64,000 nt of DNA from assembly GCA_965207075.1 (NCBI GenBank), contig CBDBLO010000002.1, forward strand, positions 2,080,001-2,144,000, in the 5' to 3' direction. This DNA is from Nitrosopumilus sp. (GTDB lineage: Archaea; Thermoproteota; Nitrososphaeria; Nitrososphaerales; Nitrosopumilaceae). A program made the translations under genes and the position numbers. Shown piece by piece: positions 29,460 through 41,310 of this stretch (the stretch's first letter is position 1; every line of letters begins with the position of its first letter). Under the pieces are notes generated by a model. The model saw nothing but the letters and a program-made list of their open reading frames with translations. It had not been told where the DNA came from and did no database searches.

Positions 29460-30836
29460 ATGGGCTCGGATGTCACTCTCAACGTGGGGTTTGACGACAC
29501 GGACTCGCGCGCGGGGATGTGCACCACGTACCTCGCGTACGTGATTGCGGGGTCGCTCCGGAAGGGGGGCGCGGCAGAGTTTCTTGACTATCCGAGGCTG
29601 GTCAGGTTCAACCCCAACGTCCCGTGGAAGACGCGGGGAAACGGCGCGGTGTCCATGCGCATCAGGACAGGCGATCCCGGGCGCGTCAAGGACGAGATAC
29701 GCAGGACCGTGTTCGAGCACGCGGACGTCGCGCGCGGCGCAAACCCCGGACTGGTGTTCTGGGAGGGGGACGACGTGCCGGAGCCGCTTGCCGGGTTCGG
29801 CCGGCTGGCGCTCTGGCAGCTCATAGGCAGGGCGGACGCCAGGGGCTTTGCAAGGGACAACGGCCTGGAGATCCACTACATGGGGAACGGCCAGGGGCTG
29901 GTCGGGGCCATCGGCTCCACCGGATACCAGTGGGACGACCACACGATGGAGCTGCTCTCGTACCGCCGCGCCGAGATGTGCGGGACCAGGCGCGTCGTGT
30001 CGCCTGCAAGCGTAAAAAGCATGCAGGATCGCACGTTTCCCAACACGTTCAACAGCTATGACAAGAGGAGCGGCCGGGTGCTGATCACGCCGCGGGGGCC
30101 GGACCCCGTGTTTTACGGGATACGCGGCGAGGACGCCGCCTCGCTTGTGGCCGCCTCGCGTATGATCAGGAGCGACGAGTCCCCGCTGGGGTACATGATC
30201 TTCCGAACGAACCAGGGGACGGGCGCGCACCTGCGCAACGAGCTGACGGAGGAGTACATGAGGCCCTTTGCGTCCGGGTGGATACGCGGTGCTGTGACCG
30301 ACAGTCCCATAGTGGAGCGCGGCGGGCACGTGTTCTTCGAGGTGGAATCGGGCGGGCGGCGGCGGCGGCGGCAGCAGCAACGGCGGCAACTGAGAGTCAG
30401 GTGCGCCGTGTACAAACCCACCGGGATGACGGGCGTGGCCCGCCGCCTCGTGGCCGGCGACGAGGTGCGCGTGGGAGGCGGCGTCCGGAAGGCCTCAAGG
30501 GGCCGCCAGAGGGTGCTCAACGCAGAGTACATCGAGGTCGTATCGCTTGCCGACGACTCGTACCTCGCAAACCCCGCGTGCCCCGCATGCGGCAAGAGGA
30601 TGAAGTCAAAGGGGGTGGGCCAGGGATTCGAGTGCGCCAGGTGCGAGGACAGCCGCGCGGCGTCAAAGGTGGAGGTAAGAAAGAAGCGCGCGGTGAGGAC
30701 AGGGCTGCACATTCCGGACGCGGGGGCCCAGCGCCACCTGACCAGGCCCGTACAGAGGCTGGAGAGGCGGAACCGCGCGGGGGCGCCCGACCGCGGCCTC
30801 GAGTGGCTCCACGTTTATGATAATAGCGGGGAGTAG
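29460..30836 (+). CDS. tiaS: tRNA(Ile2) agmatidine synthetase
   Basis: GFDDTDS, GMCTTY, PNVPWKTRGNG, TNQGT, GGHV, CPACGKRMKSKG, RHLTRP. Confidence 0.93.
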   Translation: MGSDVTLNVGFDDTDSRAGMCTTYLAYVIAGSLRKGGAAEFLDYPRLVRFNPNVPWKTRGNGAVSMRIRTGDPGRVKDEIRRTVFEHADVARGANPGLVFWEGDDVPEPLAGFGRLALWQLIGRADARGFARDNGLEIHYMGNGQGLVGAIGSTGYQWDDHTMELLSYRRAEMCGTRRVVSPASVKSMQDRTFPNTFNSYDKRSGRVLITPRGPDPVFYGIRGEDAASLVAASRMIRSDESPLGYMIFRTNQGTGAHLRNELTEEYMRPFASGWIRGAVTDSPIVERGGHVFFEVESGGRRRRRQQQRRQLRVRCAVYKPTGMTGVARRLVAGDEVRVGGGVRKASRGRQRVLNAEYIEVVSLADDSYLANPACPACGKRMKSKGVGQGFECARCEDSRAASKVEVRKKRAVRTGLHIPDAGAQRHLTRPVQRLERRNRAGAPDRGLEWLHVYDNSGE

Positions 30837-30913
30837 ACTTGAACTACTGATCTGCGGGTTATGAGCCCGCCGGGATGACCTAGCCCTCAAGTGTCTGACT
30901 TCCCCACCCCGCT
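30824..30913 (-). tRNA. Initiator tRNA-Met(CAT) with an approximately 15-nt D-arm insertion (putative non-canonical intron)
   Basis: A1-T72 acceptor AGCGGGG/CCCCGCT-A, GCGGG-CTCATAA-CCCGC anticodon arm, T-loop TTCAAGT, 90 nt in total. TATATA at 30937-30942. Confidence 0.9.
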
Positions 30914-31019
30914 AGAGAATGGCGGCACCCGCGCCGTATATACGCCTTTCAATACGAGCGTCCGCGGCCCGGAGTTTGTGCACACACTGGGGGCCCGCCC
31001 GCAGACGTGCCCGACTGCT

Positions 31020-31070
31020 GCAGCAGTAGCAGTAGCAGTAGCAGTAGCAGTAGTAGCAGTAGTAGTAGTA
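31020..31070. repeat. GCAGTA/GTA microsatellite
   Basis: Tandem GCAGTA and GTA units are directly visible. Confidence 0.9.
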
Positions 31071-31313
31071 GGACGGCGACGGCGCGCAGAACCGTCCGAG
31101 CCCCCAAGCAGCCATCCCGCACCGCCCGCCTCTGAAACTATGGGAGAGACGGGTCGGCCTGCCAGGCCCCTGACGGTTCGATGCCCGCAGCAGGAATAAG
31201 GAACGCGTCACCGGGGGCGGCAGGCATTTGTGCCATTCTGTCACAAGGCCGGGGGCAGTGACGGGGGCGGCTGCAACCGACAAGTTAAAAGAGAATGACG
31301 CGTAACATACCAC

Positions 31314-31634
31314 GTGGCAAAGCAGGAGGTCAGGACGGTAAACGGCAAAAAGTATCTGTACTATACGCACTACCAGAAGAGCGACAGGATAGTGGTGTAC
31401 TGCGGCCCCGCCCACCGGACCGACGCAAAGCTAAAGGCCGCAAAGTTGGAGATGAAGCAGACGGCAAAGTCAGTCAAGGAGTTACAGGCCAGGCGCAGGG
31501 AGCTAAAGGCGGACATAGCAAGGCTTACTTCTGCTGCAAAGTCAGAGGGGGCCAAGAAGGGCGCAGGCAGCAGCAGCGGCAGCGGCAACGGCCGCCGCCG
31601 GACAAAGAAGAGGCCCAAGGCGGCCAGACGGTAG
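31314..31634 (+). CDS. Small basic hypothetical protein (KKYLYY..YCGP motif plus coiled coil)
   Basis: MAKQEVRTVNGKKYLYYTHYQKSDRIVVYCGPA. TTAAAA about 25 nt upstream. Confidence 0.7.
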   Translation: MAKQEVRTVNGKKYLYYTHYQKSDRIVVYCGPAHRTDAKLKAAKLEMKQTAKSVKELQARRRELKADIARLTSAAKSEGAKKGAGSSSGSGNGRRRTKKRPKAARR

Positions 31635-31685
31635 TGCGGGCATTCCCAACCAAGAGATAATTAGCAGGCACGATCTGCAGCTGTA

Positions 31686-32846
31686 ATGGACAAAAGGATC
31701 CAGATCGCGGCGGTTGCCGGGGCAATCGCGTTCTCCGTAATGGTGCTCTCGTCCCCGGCCGACCCGCTGCCGCTGCCGGATCCGGCCGCAATGTCGGGGC
31801 GGGAAGACGGCGACACGCTGTCAGTGTCGGCCGCGTCGTCCGTATCCACGCTTGCAACCGGCCTCGAAAAGCCACGCGCCATTGCCATACACGGGGATCG
31901 CGTATTTGTGACCGAAAAGGCGGGCGCAGTCCGCGTCGTGCAGAACGGCACCCTCCTGGAGCAGCCGCTTGCCGCGTTCCGCGCGGCCGACACCTTTGGC
32001 GGGGGGCTGCTCGGGATTGCAGTGCACCCCGACTTTGATGAGAACCACTACCTGTACGTGTACCTCACGTACGTACGGCAGGACGGCGCCGGGGCGCAGG
32101 ACGGCGCCGCCACGCTGTGGAACAAGGTGGTGCGCATCACAGAGGCCGACAGCAGGCTGGCCGACGCGACGGACATAATCGACGGCATCCCCGGCTCAAA
32201 GTTCACAAACGGCGGCTTTGTAAAGTTCGGCCCCGACGGCAAGCTGTACGTCGGGACGGGCACCGTATCTGGCGCGTCCCACCTGCCGCGCGACGCCGGC
32301 TCGCTTGCCGGCAAGATACTGCGCATAAACGGCGACGGAACCATACCGGAGGACAACCCGTTTGGCCCGGACTCGGCCGTGTACTCGGTGGGGCACCGCA
32401 ACCCGCAGGGGATCGCGTGGGACGGCGACGGGGTCATGTACGTCGCAGAGCACGGGCCCGAGAAGAACGACGAGATCAACATAATCACCCCCGGCGCCGA
32501 CTACGGGTGGCCCGACCGCGAGTGCTCCGGTGACGAGGACGGCGCGGGCGCGGCCGTCCTGTGCTACGACCCGAGCATAGAGCCGGGCGGAATCGCGTTT
32601 TACGACCACGACAGGCTGGGGCTGGACCAGCCGTTTGTGATGACGTCGCTGAGGGCGTCCAACCTGTACCAGATCGACTTTGAGGAGGGGCTGCCGTCCC
32701 AGCAGACCATACTGAGCGGCGCGGGGCGCATAAGGGACGTCGCGGTGCACCCGGAGGACGGCAGCGTGTACGTAATAACGTCAAACACGGACGGCAAGGG
32801 CTTTGCAGGCCCTGATGATGACAGGCTTATACATATCAAGAGGTGA
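31686..32846 (+). CDS. PQQ-dependent sugar dehydrogenase (GSDH family), exported
   Basis: Signal/TM, GLEKP, GLLGIAVHPDF, FGPDGKLY, GKILRI, GHRNPQG, DEINII, GRIRDV. Confidence 0.9.
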   Translation: MDKRIQIAAVAGAIAFSVMVLSSPADPLPLPDPAAMSGREDGDTLSVSAASSVSTLATGLEKPRAIAIHGDRVFVTEKAGAVRVVQNGTLLEQPLAAFRAADTFGGGLLGIAVHPDFDENHYLYVYLTYVRQDGAGAQDGAATLWNKVVRITEADSRLADATDIIDGIPGSKFTNGGFVKFGPDGKLYVGTGTVSGASHLPRDAGSLAGKILRINGDGTIPEDNPFGPDSAVYSVGHRNPQGIAWDGDGVMYVAEHGPEKNDEINIITPGADYGWPDRECSGDEDGAGAAVLCYDPSIEPGGIAFYDHDRLGLDQPFVMTSLRASNLYQIDFEEGLPSQQTILSGAGRIRDVAVHPEDGSVYVITSNTDGKGFAGPDDDRLIHIKR

Positions 32847-34222
32847 CGGCTTGCATGGGAAGAGAGGGGGAGGGCGCCGGCTCGCCGCCGCCATCACTAT
32901 CAACGTCGTCAGCAACAACGCCGTCGACACCATCATCATCCTCATCATCGGCCATACCAAGATTCTTTGAAAAGACGCGCGGCGAGCGGCTGGGCGCAAT
33001 ATCCGACGCCGCCGGCCTCGGCGCCGAGGACGCCGAGGCCCTAAGGGATGCGTCCGGCGGCCTCGCCTTCGAGCAGGCCGACAACATGGTGGAGAACGCC
33101 ATCGGCACGCTTGCCACGCCCCTGGGGGTCGCCACCAACTTCGTGGTAAACGGCAGGGACGTCCTGGTCCCGATGGCCATAGAGGAGCCCTCCGTGATCG
33201 CCGCCGCGTCAAAGGGGGCAAAGGCGGCCCGCGTGGGCGGCGGGTTTCGCGCAGTATCGTCGGAGGCATACAGCATAGGCCAGATACAGCTCTTGGACGT
33301 GGCCGACACGGACGCGGCCGTCCGCAGGATAGCCGAGAGGTCGGAGGACATAATCGCGCTCGCAAACACGAAGAGCTCGACACTCTCCAAGATGGGCCGC
33401 GGCGCAAAGGAGGTATCGTGCCGCGTCGCGGACGCGCCGTCGGGAAGAATGCTGATTGCCGAGCTGCTGATAGACGTGGGGGACGCGATGGGCGCCAACA
33501 TTACAAACAGCATGTGCGAGGCAGTGGCGCCACTCTTGGAGGACATATGCGGGGGCAAGGGCGCACGCGCCCTGCTGCGCATACTCTCAAACTACTCCAC
33601 GCGCCGCACGGTCAGGGCCCAGGCCACGTTCCCGCAGGATACAGTGGGGGGGCCCGGTGTGGTAAGCGACATGATATCGGCCTTTGAGTTTGCAGACTGC
33701 GACGTGTACCGCGCCGTCACGCACAACAAGGGCGTGATGAACGGCATCATAGCAGTCGCGAACGCGACGGGGCAGGACGGCAGGGCGATAGAGGCGGCCG
33801 CCCACGCGTACGCGTGCAGGACGGGCAGGTACCGCTCGCTCACGCAGTGGGGCAGGAACGACAGCGGCGACCTGGTCGGCACGATAGAGCTGCCCATGTC
33901 AGTCGGCGTGGTGGGCGGCGTGGTTACCGTACACCCCGTCGCAAGGGCGTGCATGCGCATACTGGGGGCAGGGTCGGCCGGCGAGCTTGCCTGCATAATG
34001 GCGTCTGCGGGGCTGGCCCAGAACTATGCGGCCATGCGGGCGCTTGCCACCGACGGCATACAAAAGGGGCACATGCGGCTGCATGCAAGGAACCTGGCAG
34101 TCGCCGCAGGGGCCGGTCCGGGCGAGGTGGACAGGGTGGTCCGCGAGATGGTGGCGGGGGGCGCTGTCTCGATGCAGGGGGCAAGGGACATACTAGGCTC
34201 GGGGCGGCGGGCCGCGGAGTGA
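32843..34222 (+). CDS. hmgA: HMG-CoA reductase (class II)
   Basis: ENAIG, PMAIEEPSVIAA, DAMGAN, RILSN, THNKG, GIQKGHMRLH. Confidence 0.93.
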   Translation: MTACMGREGEGAGSPPPSLSTSSATTPSTPSSSSSSAIPRFFEKTRGERLGAISDAAGLGAEDAEALRDASGGLAFEQADNMVENAIGTLATPLGVATNFVVNGRDVLVPMAIEEPSVIAAASKGAKAARVGGGFRAVSSEAYSIGQIQLLDVADTDAAVRRIAERSEDIIALANTKSSTLSKMGRGAKEVSCRVADAPSGRMLIAELLIDVGDAMGANITNSMCEAVAPLLEDICGGKGARALLRILSNYSTRRTVRAQATFPQDTVGGPGVVSDMISAFEFADCDVYRAVTHNKGVMNGIIAVANATGQDGRAIEAAAHAYACRTGRYRSLTQWGRNDSGDLVGTIELPMSVGVVGGVVTVHPVARACMRILGAGSAGELACIMASAGLAQNYAAMRALATDGIQKGHMRLHARNLAVAAGAGPGEVDRVVREMVAGGAVSMQGARDILGSGRRAAE

Positions 34223-34325
34223 CGGTGGCAGTGGCAGCGGCAGCGGCAGCGGCAGTTTCCACCGCACGGCGCGCGCAACTGCAGGAAAGCTACTAGATTA
34301 TAAGCGCCCGCATGAGATACCACGC

Positions 34326-35318
34326 ATGGCGCCAAGGAAGGCAGCGCAGGTGCGCTTTGCGATTCCAAAGGGCTCGCTTGAGGCGGCCACGTTCAAGCTG
34401 CTCGAGAGGGCCTGGACCAAGGTCAACCGCAAGGACCGCACGTACCGCGTCTATCTTGACGACCCCGGCATCATAGTCAAGATGCTCAGGCCCCAGGAGA
34501 TCCCAAACATGGTGGCGGAGGGGCTCTACGACGTGGGCATAACCGGCCGCGACTGGGTGGGGGAGACCGACTCGGACGTGGATCCCGTGCTTGACCTCGA
34601 GTACGGCCGCATCAGGCTCGTGGTGGCGTTTCCAGACAAGTACCGCTACGCGACGCTTGACGCCATGGTGGCAGACTATGCCAAAAAGAAGAGGACGCTG
34701 CGCATATCCTCCGAGTACCTCACTACGGCGTCCGAGTTCATCAGGAGGCTTCCCTCGTACAAAAAGCACTACGGCTCAAAGAAGCCGCTCGTGGTCACCC
34801 CGTGGGTCCGGCTCGGGTCCAACCACATGGTGCAGATACACCTGTCGTTCGGGGCGACGGAGGCAAAGCCGCCGGAGGAGATGGACTGCATAATAGACGT
34901 GACCGAGACCGGCACGACCCTGCGCCAGAACAAGCTAAAGATTGCCGACGAGATACTGACGTCGTCGGCGCACCTGATTGCAAACAGGGACTCGCTTGCC
35001 GACGCGGCAAAGCGGGAGAAGATATACGACATCATCACGCTTCTGCGGGGGGCGGTGCACGGCGTAAAGTACCTGCACCTGTACCTCAACGTCGAGGAGA
35101 AGAACCTGAAGAGGCTGCTCGGGGAGATGCCGTCGCTCAAGAAGCCGACTGTCAGCAGCCTGAGCGAGCCGGGGTGGTTTGGAATCAACACCATAATACC
35201 AAAAGAAGAGTTCCACAGGCTGATACCGGTCCTCAGAAGGACGGCGCAGGGGCTGGTGGTCCACGAGCCGCGCCAGATACTGGAGCTCGAAGAGATAAAG
35301 CGCGATGAGGAGAATTGA
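34326..35318 (+). CDS. hisG: ATP phosphoribosyltransferase
   Basis: AIPKGSL, RPQEIP, GITGRDW, GATEAKPP, DVTETGTTL. Confidence 0.95.
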   Translation: MAPRKAAQVRFAIPKGSLEAATFKLLERAWTKVNRKDRTYRVYLDDPGIIVKMLRPQEIPNMVAEGLYDVGITGRDWVGETDSDVDPVLDLEYGRIRLVVAFPDKYRYATLDAMVADYAKKKRTLRISSEYLTTASEFIRRLPSYKKHYGSKKPLVVTPWVRLGSNHMVQIHLSFGATEAKPPEEMDCIIDVTETGTTLRQNKLKIADEILTSSAHLIANRDSLADAAKREKIYDIITLLRGAVHGVKYLHLYLNVEEKNLKRLLGEMPSLKKPTVSSLSEPGWFGINTIIPKEEFHRLIPVLRRTAQGLVVHEPRQILELEEIKRDEEN

Positions 35319-36736
35319 TCCGCGTCATCACACAACGAAGGGGGGCGGACCCGGCGGGGTTTGCGGCCCGGCTCGTGCGGGACGGGCAGGGGCGACGCGC
35401 GGGGCCCGACCTCGCGCGCGTGCGCTCCATAGTGCGAAGCGTACGAGAGGGGGGTGACGCGGCGCTCTACCGCCATGAGAGGAGGTTCGGCGGGCTCTCG
35501 GACGGCAGCGTGCCCCTCCGGCTCTCGGAGTCAGAGATCAGATCCGCATACGGGATGGTACCCAAGCCGCAGCACGCGGCGATAAGGGAGGCGGCCGCGC
35601 GGCTGGCCGCGCTGGAGAGGCGCACCATGAGAAAGCTCAAGGGGAAGGTCGAGACGGTCCACGGGCGGCCCCCGGCCAGCGCCACGGTGTCGCGCAGGTT
35701 TGCCCCCATCGACAGCGTGGGGTGCTACATACCAGGCGGACTTGCAAGGTACCCGTCCTCGGCGGTAATGTCCATAGTGCCCGCCGCCGTGGCAGGCGTG
35801 CCGAGGATAGTCGCGGTCTCGCCCGTGTCCTCCTTCCCGCCCCCTTCCGACTCCGACTCCACGCCCACGCACGGCGGGGCGCCCGCGGCCGGCCGCATGA
35901 TCGACCCGCTTACGGTGGTGGCCGCCGACATGTGCGGGGCCACTGAGATATACCGCGCGGGGGGCGCCCAGGCCGTGGCGGCCCTTGCGTACGGCACAGA
36001 GTCCATCCCCCGCGTGGAGAAGATAGTGGGCCCCGGCGGCGCGTACGTGACCGCCGCAAAGTCGCTGGTCTCAGCAGACGCGGGGATCGACATGCTGGCA
36101 GGGCCCACCGAGCTTGGCATACTGGCAGACGCGGACGCGCCGCCGCGGCTAGTCGCCCTGGACCTCGTGTCCCAGGCCGAGCACAGCGAGGATACGCAGT
36201 GCTACCTGATAACCGACTCCGCCGCACTGGCGCGCCGCGTCAACGGCATCCTGGATGACCTGGTGCCGGGCCTCGAGCGCGGCCCGCTGATATCAAAGAG
36301 CCTGTCGAGAAACGGGTTCATCGCGGTGGTGAGAAGCATGGAGGACGGGGCCGCAGTGGCCCACGCGCTGGCGCCGGAGCACCTGGAGATAATGATGTCC
36401 AAGGGCGCGGCCCGGGCCGAGTCCTCTGTCACGTCGCCGGGGCTGGTACTGGTCGGGCGCAACTCGCCGTCCGCTGCAAGCGACTACCTGCTTGGCTCAA
36501 ACCACGTCCTGCCGACCAACCGGACCGGGGCAGTACGCGGCTCCCTCTCGGTGCTTGACTACCTCAAGGTGCACACCACAGTCAGGTCCACGAGGGGCGC
36601 GCTACGCGGGATTGACGGCATGATGAGGGAGCTTACGCACGCAGAGGGGCTGGTCAACCACTACGAGGCCGTGCGCGGCAGGCTAAAGCCCAAGGGTGCG
36701 GGGGCAGGGCGCCGGCGCCGGCGTCGGCGCGCATGA
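35315..36736 (+). CDS. hisD: Histidinol dehydrogenase
   Basis: GCYIPGG, GGAQAVAALAYGT, DMLAGPTE, SQAEH, APEHLE, GSNHVLPT. Confidence 0.95.
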   Translation: MIRVITQRRGADPAGFAARLVRDGQGRRAGPDLARVRSIVRSVREGGDAALYRHERRFGGLSDGSVPLRLSESEIRSAYGMVPKPQHAAIREAAARLAALERRTMRKLKGKVETVHGRPPASATVSRRFAPIDSVGCYIPGGLARYPSSAVMSIVPAAVAGVPRIVAVSPVSSFPPPSDSDSTPTHGGAPAAGRMIDPLTVVAADMCGATEIYRAGGAQAVAALAYGTESIPRVEKIVGPGGAYVTAAKSLVSADAGIDMLAGPTELGILADADAPPRLVALDLVSQAEHSEDTQCYLITDSAALARRVNGILDDLVPGLERGPLISKSLSRNGFIAVVRSMEDGAAVAHALAPEHLEIMMSKGAARAESSVTSPGLVLVGRNSPSAASDYLLGSNHVLPTNRTGAVRGSLSVLDYLKVHTTVRSTRGALRGIDGMMRELTHAEGLVNHYEAVRGRLKPKGAGAGRRRRRRRA

Positions 36737-36814
36737 CGGCGGCATTGCGGCGGCGGCGGCAGCAAGCAGCGGCAATGCAGAAACATCATAATAGAGCGAA
36801 AAAACGGGACGTTT

Positions 36815-38059
<1,245 letters not shown>

Positions 38060-38063
38060 TTCG

Positions 38064-39110
38064 TTGGCGGGGGACGGCGACGGCGGCAACAGCGGCAACG
38101 GTAGCACGACCACCAAGGCAGCGCCGGCCGACTATGACGCCATACGGGACGTGACCCGGGACGCCGACTGCATCGTGTTTGACTGCGACGGGGTGCTGGT
38201 GGACGTGTCGGGCTCCTACCACCGCGCCATACAGCAGACTGTAGAATACATGACCGGCAGGATAGCCTCGGAGCTTGCCATCCCCGACATGCCCGCGCAC
38301 CACGCGGTGTCAAGGCACACGGTGGAGAGGTTCAAGAACACGGGGCTCTTCAACGACGAGACCGACGTGTCGTGCGCCATAACACTGGCGGCCGTAATGC
38401 CGCACCTGGCAGGAGGCTGCACGTACGGGTCGGCAATCGACATGGCAGTAAAAAGCTCCAGTTCCGACGGGATCGCCTCAGTCATAAGGCACATGCGGGA
38501 CTATGCGGGAATGTCCCGCGCCGCGGAGCTCCTGGACCACCCGTCGCCGGACAGAGGGGGGCTGCTGTGCCGCGTCTTTGACGAGAAGTTCTACGGCTCG
38601 GACATATACAAGGGGCGCGGTGGCAGGCCGCTGCTCGGAAACGAGGCAGGGCACATCAGGTGCGACGATGTCATCGTGACGGACGCGGTCATGGAGGCGC
38701 TGTCAGGCAGGTTCGGCAAGAGCATATCGATGGTGACGGGCCGCGGGCTGCAGGCGGCCAGGTACACGCTTGAGCCCGTCATGGGGTGGTTCGACCTGGG
38801 GAACTCTGCCTTTCTTGAGGACGAGCCGCGGGAGCACGCAAAGCCCAACCCCGAGAGGCTCGACGACTGCATAAGGGGCATGGGTTGCAGAAGGGCCATA
38901 TACGTGGGGGACTCCGCCGAGGACGCTGCGATGGCAAGGGACGCCGAGTCCGACGTCGTATTCTGCGGCATCACGGGGACGGGCGTCAATCCCGACGAGC
39001 GGCGCAGGATCCTGGAGCGCGCGGCCGGGGCGGGCATCCCGTACTTTACGCTTGGCTCCGTACTGGAGATTCCAAAGGCATTAAATCTAGAGGGGCAGAT
39101 ACATGTGTGA
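38064..39110 (+). CDS. HAD-family hydrolase, probable histidinol-phosphatase
   Basis: [26 protein letters not shown]. Lies between hisC and hisB. Confidence 0.8.
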   Translation: MAGDGDGGNSGNGSTTTKAAPADYDAIRDVTRDADCIVFDCDGVLVDVSGSYHRAIQQTVEYMTGRIASELAIPDMPAHHAVSRHTVERFKNTGLFNDETDVSCAITLAAVMPHLAGGCTYGSAIDMAVKSSSSDGIASVIRHMRDYAGMSRAAELLDHPSPDRGGLLCRVFDEKFYGSDIYKGRGGRPLLGNEAGHIRCDDVIVTDAVMEALSGRFGKSISMVTGRGLQAARYTLEPVMGWFDLGNSAFLEDEPREHAKPNPERLDDCIRGMGCRRAIYVGDSAEDAAMARDAESDVVFCGITGTGVNPDERRRILERAAGAGIPYFTLGSVLEIPKALNLEGQIHV

Positions 39111-39781
39111 TGCCCTCCGCTCAAGGCGCCGATAACAATGATGATAATGATGACGGCGGCGCAGCAACAATAGCAACGGCAAGAAGAAGAAGCGCCACCG
39201 AGGAGCGCGCCACGGGGGAGACCCGCGTATCCGCCTCGGTCAGCCTGGACGGGGACGGCGCCGCTTCGGTCAGCACCGGGCTCAGCTTTCTTGACCACCT
39301 GCTTGTATCCCTTGCAAAGCACTCCATGATCGACATGACAGTAAAAGCCGAGTCGCTTGACGGCATAAAGCACCACCTTATAGAGGACACGGCCATAACT
39401 GTCGGCGCGGCAATAGACAAGGCCCTGGGGGACAGGGCCGGCATAGCGCGCTTCGGTCACGCGTCGGTCCCGCTTGACGAGTCGCTTGCCGAGTCCACCA
39501 TAGACCTGGTGCGCCGCCCGTACGTGAGGGTGTCGCTCGCGCTAAAGCCGTCGGGCCAAAACCCCGCAATCGAGGACATGCCACAGGAGGACGTAGAACA
39601 CTTTTTCCAGTCGCTGCTAGACAACATAGCGGCCTGCATACACCTGGACGTCAGATACGGCCAAAACGACCACCACAAGGCCGAGGCCGCCGTCAAGTCG
39701 CTGGCCGTCTCGCTCAGGGCCGCGCTGGCAATAGATACAAAACGGGCCGGAGGGGCGCCAAGCACGAAGGGTTCCATGTAG
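39110..39781 (+). CDS. hisB: Imidazoleglycerol-phosphate dehydratase
   Basis: [37 protein letters not shown]. Confidence 0.95.
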   Translation: MPSAQGADNNDDNDDGGAATIATARRRSATEERATGETRVSASVSLDGDGAASVSTGLSFLDHLLVSLAKHSMIDMTVKAESLDGIKHHLIEDTAITVGAAIDKALGDRAGIARFGHASVPLDESLAESTIDLVRRPYVRVSLALKPSGQNPAIEDMPQEDVEHFFQSLLDNIAACIHLDVRYGQNDHHKAEAAVKSLAVSLRAALAIDTKRAGGAPSTKGSM

Positions 39782-40492
39782 ATGACGCGCGTCGCCATAT
39801 TCGACTACGGGGCAGGCAACATATTCAGCCTGAAAAACTCGCTTGAGCGCGAGGGCGCAACGGCAGACGTCATACGCGACTTTGCAGCGCGGCCCGGGGG
39901 GGACGGTGACCGTCGTCGCGGCGACGGCGGCGGCGACGGCGGCAGCAACGCCGCGGCGGACACCGCCAGGCACTACGACGGGCTGCTGCTTCCCGGCGTC
40001 GGAAACTTTGACCCCGCAATGAAGGCGGTCACACGCGACCCGGACAGCAGGTTCTCAGACTACGTGGGGCACGGCATGCCCGTCCTTGGGATATGCCTCG
40101 GGATGGAGATGTTCTTTGCACGGAGCCAGGAGGGATCCGAGCCCGGGCTTGGCGTCATGTCCGGCGATGTGGCCTCCCTGCCGGACACGATGAAGGTGCC
40201 GCACATGGGGTGGAACAGCCTCCAGATAAGGAGGAGGGGCCGCCTGCTGGAGGGCGTGGAGGACGGCGCGTGGGTGTACTTTGTGCACTCGTACATGGCC
40301 AGGCTGCCGGCAACGCCCCCTCCGGGAGGGACTGCCGGCGACGTGGTGACTGCCGAGTCCTCGTACAACGACATCGTAATACCGGCCGCCGTCGAGTACA
40401 GGAACTATCTCGGGACGCAGTTCCACCCCGAAAAGTCGGGCCCCGTCGGAAGGCAGATGATCCGGAACTTTCTGGGGGTGTGCCGCAGGTAA
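39782..40492 (+). CDS. hisH: Imidazole glycerol phosphate synthase, glutaminase subunit
   Basis: DYGAGN, LPGVGNF, GICLG, PHMGWN, YFVHSY, QFHPEKS. Confidence 0.95.
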   Translation: MTRVAIFDYGAGNIFSLKNSLEREGATADVIRDFAARPGGDGDRRRGDGGGDGGSNAAADTARHYDGLLLPGVGNFDPAMKAVTRDPDSRFSDYVGHGMPVLGICLGMEMFFARSQEGSEPGLGVMSGDVASLPDTMKVPHMGWNSLQIRRRGRLLEGVEDGAWVYFVHSYMARLPATPPPGGTAGDVVTAESSYNDIVIPAAVEYRNYLGTQFHPEKSGPVGRQMIRNFLGVCRR

Positions 40493-41310
40493 TGGCCGAC
40501 AGCCCAGGGGCGGCAGGGGGGCGGCGGCGCGCCATAAAGGTGATCCCGGCAGTCGACATCATGGACGGCAAGGTAGTCAGGCTCTACAGGGGCGACCCCA
40601 ACAGGAAGACCGTATACGGCGACAGCCCGGCCGAGGCTGCGCGCCGGTGGGAGTCGGAGGGCGCCGACATGCTGCACGTGGTGGACCTGGACGCCACGCT
40701 GGGCTCCGGGAGCAACGCGGACGCAGTCCGCGGCGTCGTGGACGCGGTCTCCATACCAGTGCAGGTGGCGGGAGGGCTGCGCACTGTGCGGGCCGCGGTG
40801 GACGCGGCCGGGGCCGGCGCCGACCGGATAGTGGTCGGGACGCTTGCGTTCTCCGACAGGGAGTCGCTTGCCGCGCTGGTGCGGGAGCTGGGCCCGCAGC
40901 GCGTGGTGGTCTCCGCGGATCACCTGGACGGCCGCATCGTAACGCGCGGGTGGCAGAGCAACACCGGGCTTGACATGATCGAGTCCGTCGCGTCGCTGCA
41001 TCGCGAGGTAGGGGTCACCCAGTACCTGCTGACAAGCGTCGGCCGGGACGGCACACTGCAGGGCCCCGACACGTCGTACATGGGCAGGGCCTGCCAGATA
41101 TCCGGCGGCATCGACGTCATTGCAAGCGGCGGCATATCGCACGAGCGCGACGTCGCGGCCGTGGGGGACGCGGGGGCGTGGGGCGTCATACTGGGGCGCG
41201 CGCTGTACGACGGAAAGATAACCATACCGGCCGCCAAGAGGATGGCGCGGGGCGGCCCCGCAACGGACGGAAATGGGGAGGAAGAGGAGGGCGACCCGCA
41301 ACGGCCCTGA
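40492..41310 (+). CDS. hisA: ProFAR isomerase
   Basis: [44 protein letters not shown]. Confidence 0.95.
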   Translation: MADSPGAAGGRRRAIKVIPAVDIMDGKVVRLYRGDPNRKTVYGDSPAEAARRWESEGADMLHVVDLDATLGSGSNADAVRGVVDAVSIPVQVAGGLRTVRAAVDAAGAGADRIVVGTLAFSDRESLAALVRELGPQRVVVSADHLDGRIVTRGWQSNTGLDMIESVASLHREVGVTQYLLTSVGRDGTLQGPDTSYMGRACQISGGIDVIASGGISHERDVAAVGDAGAWGVILGRALYDGKITIPAAKRMARGGPATDGNGEEEEGDPQRP

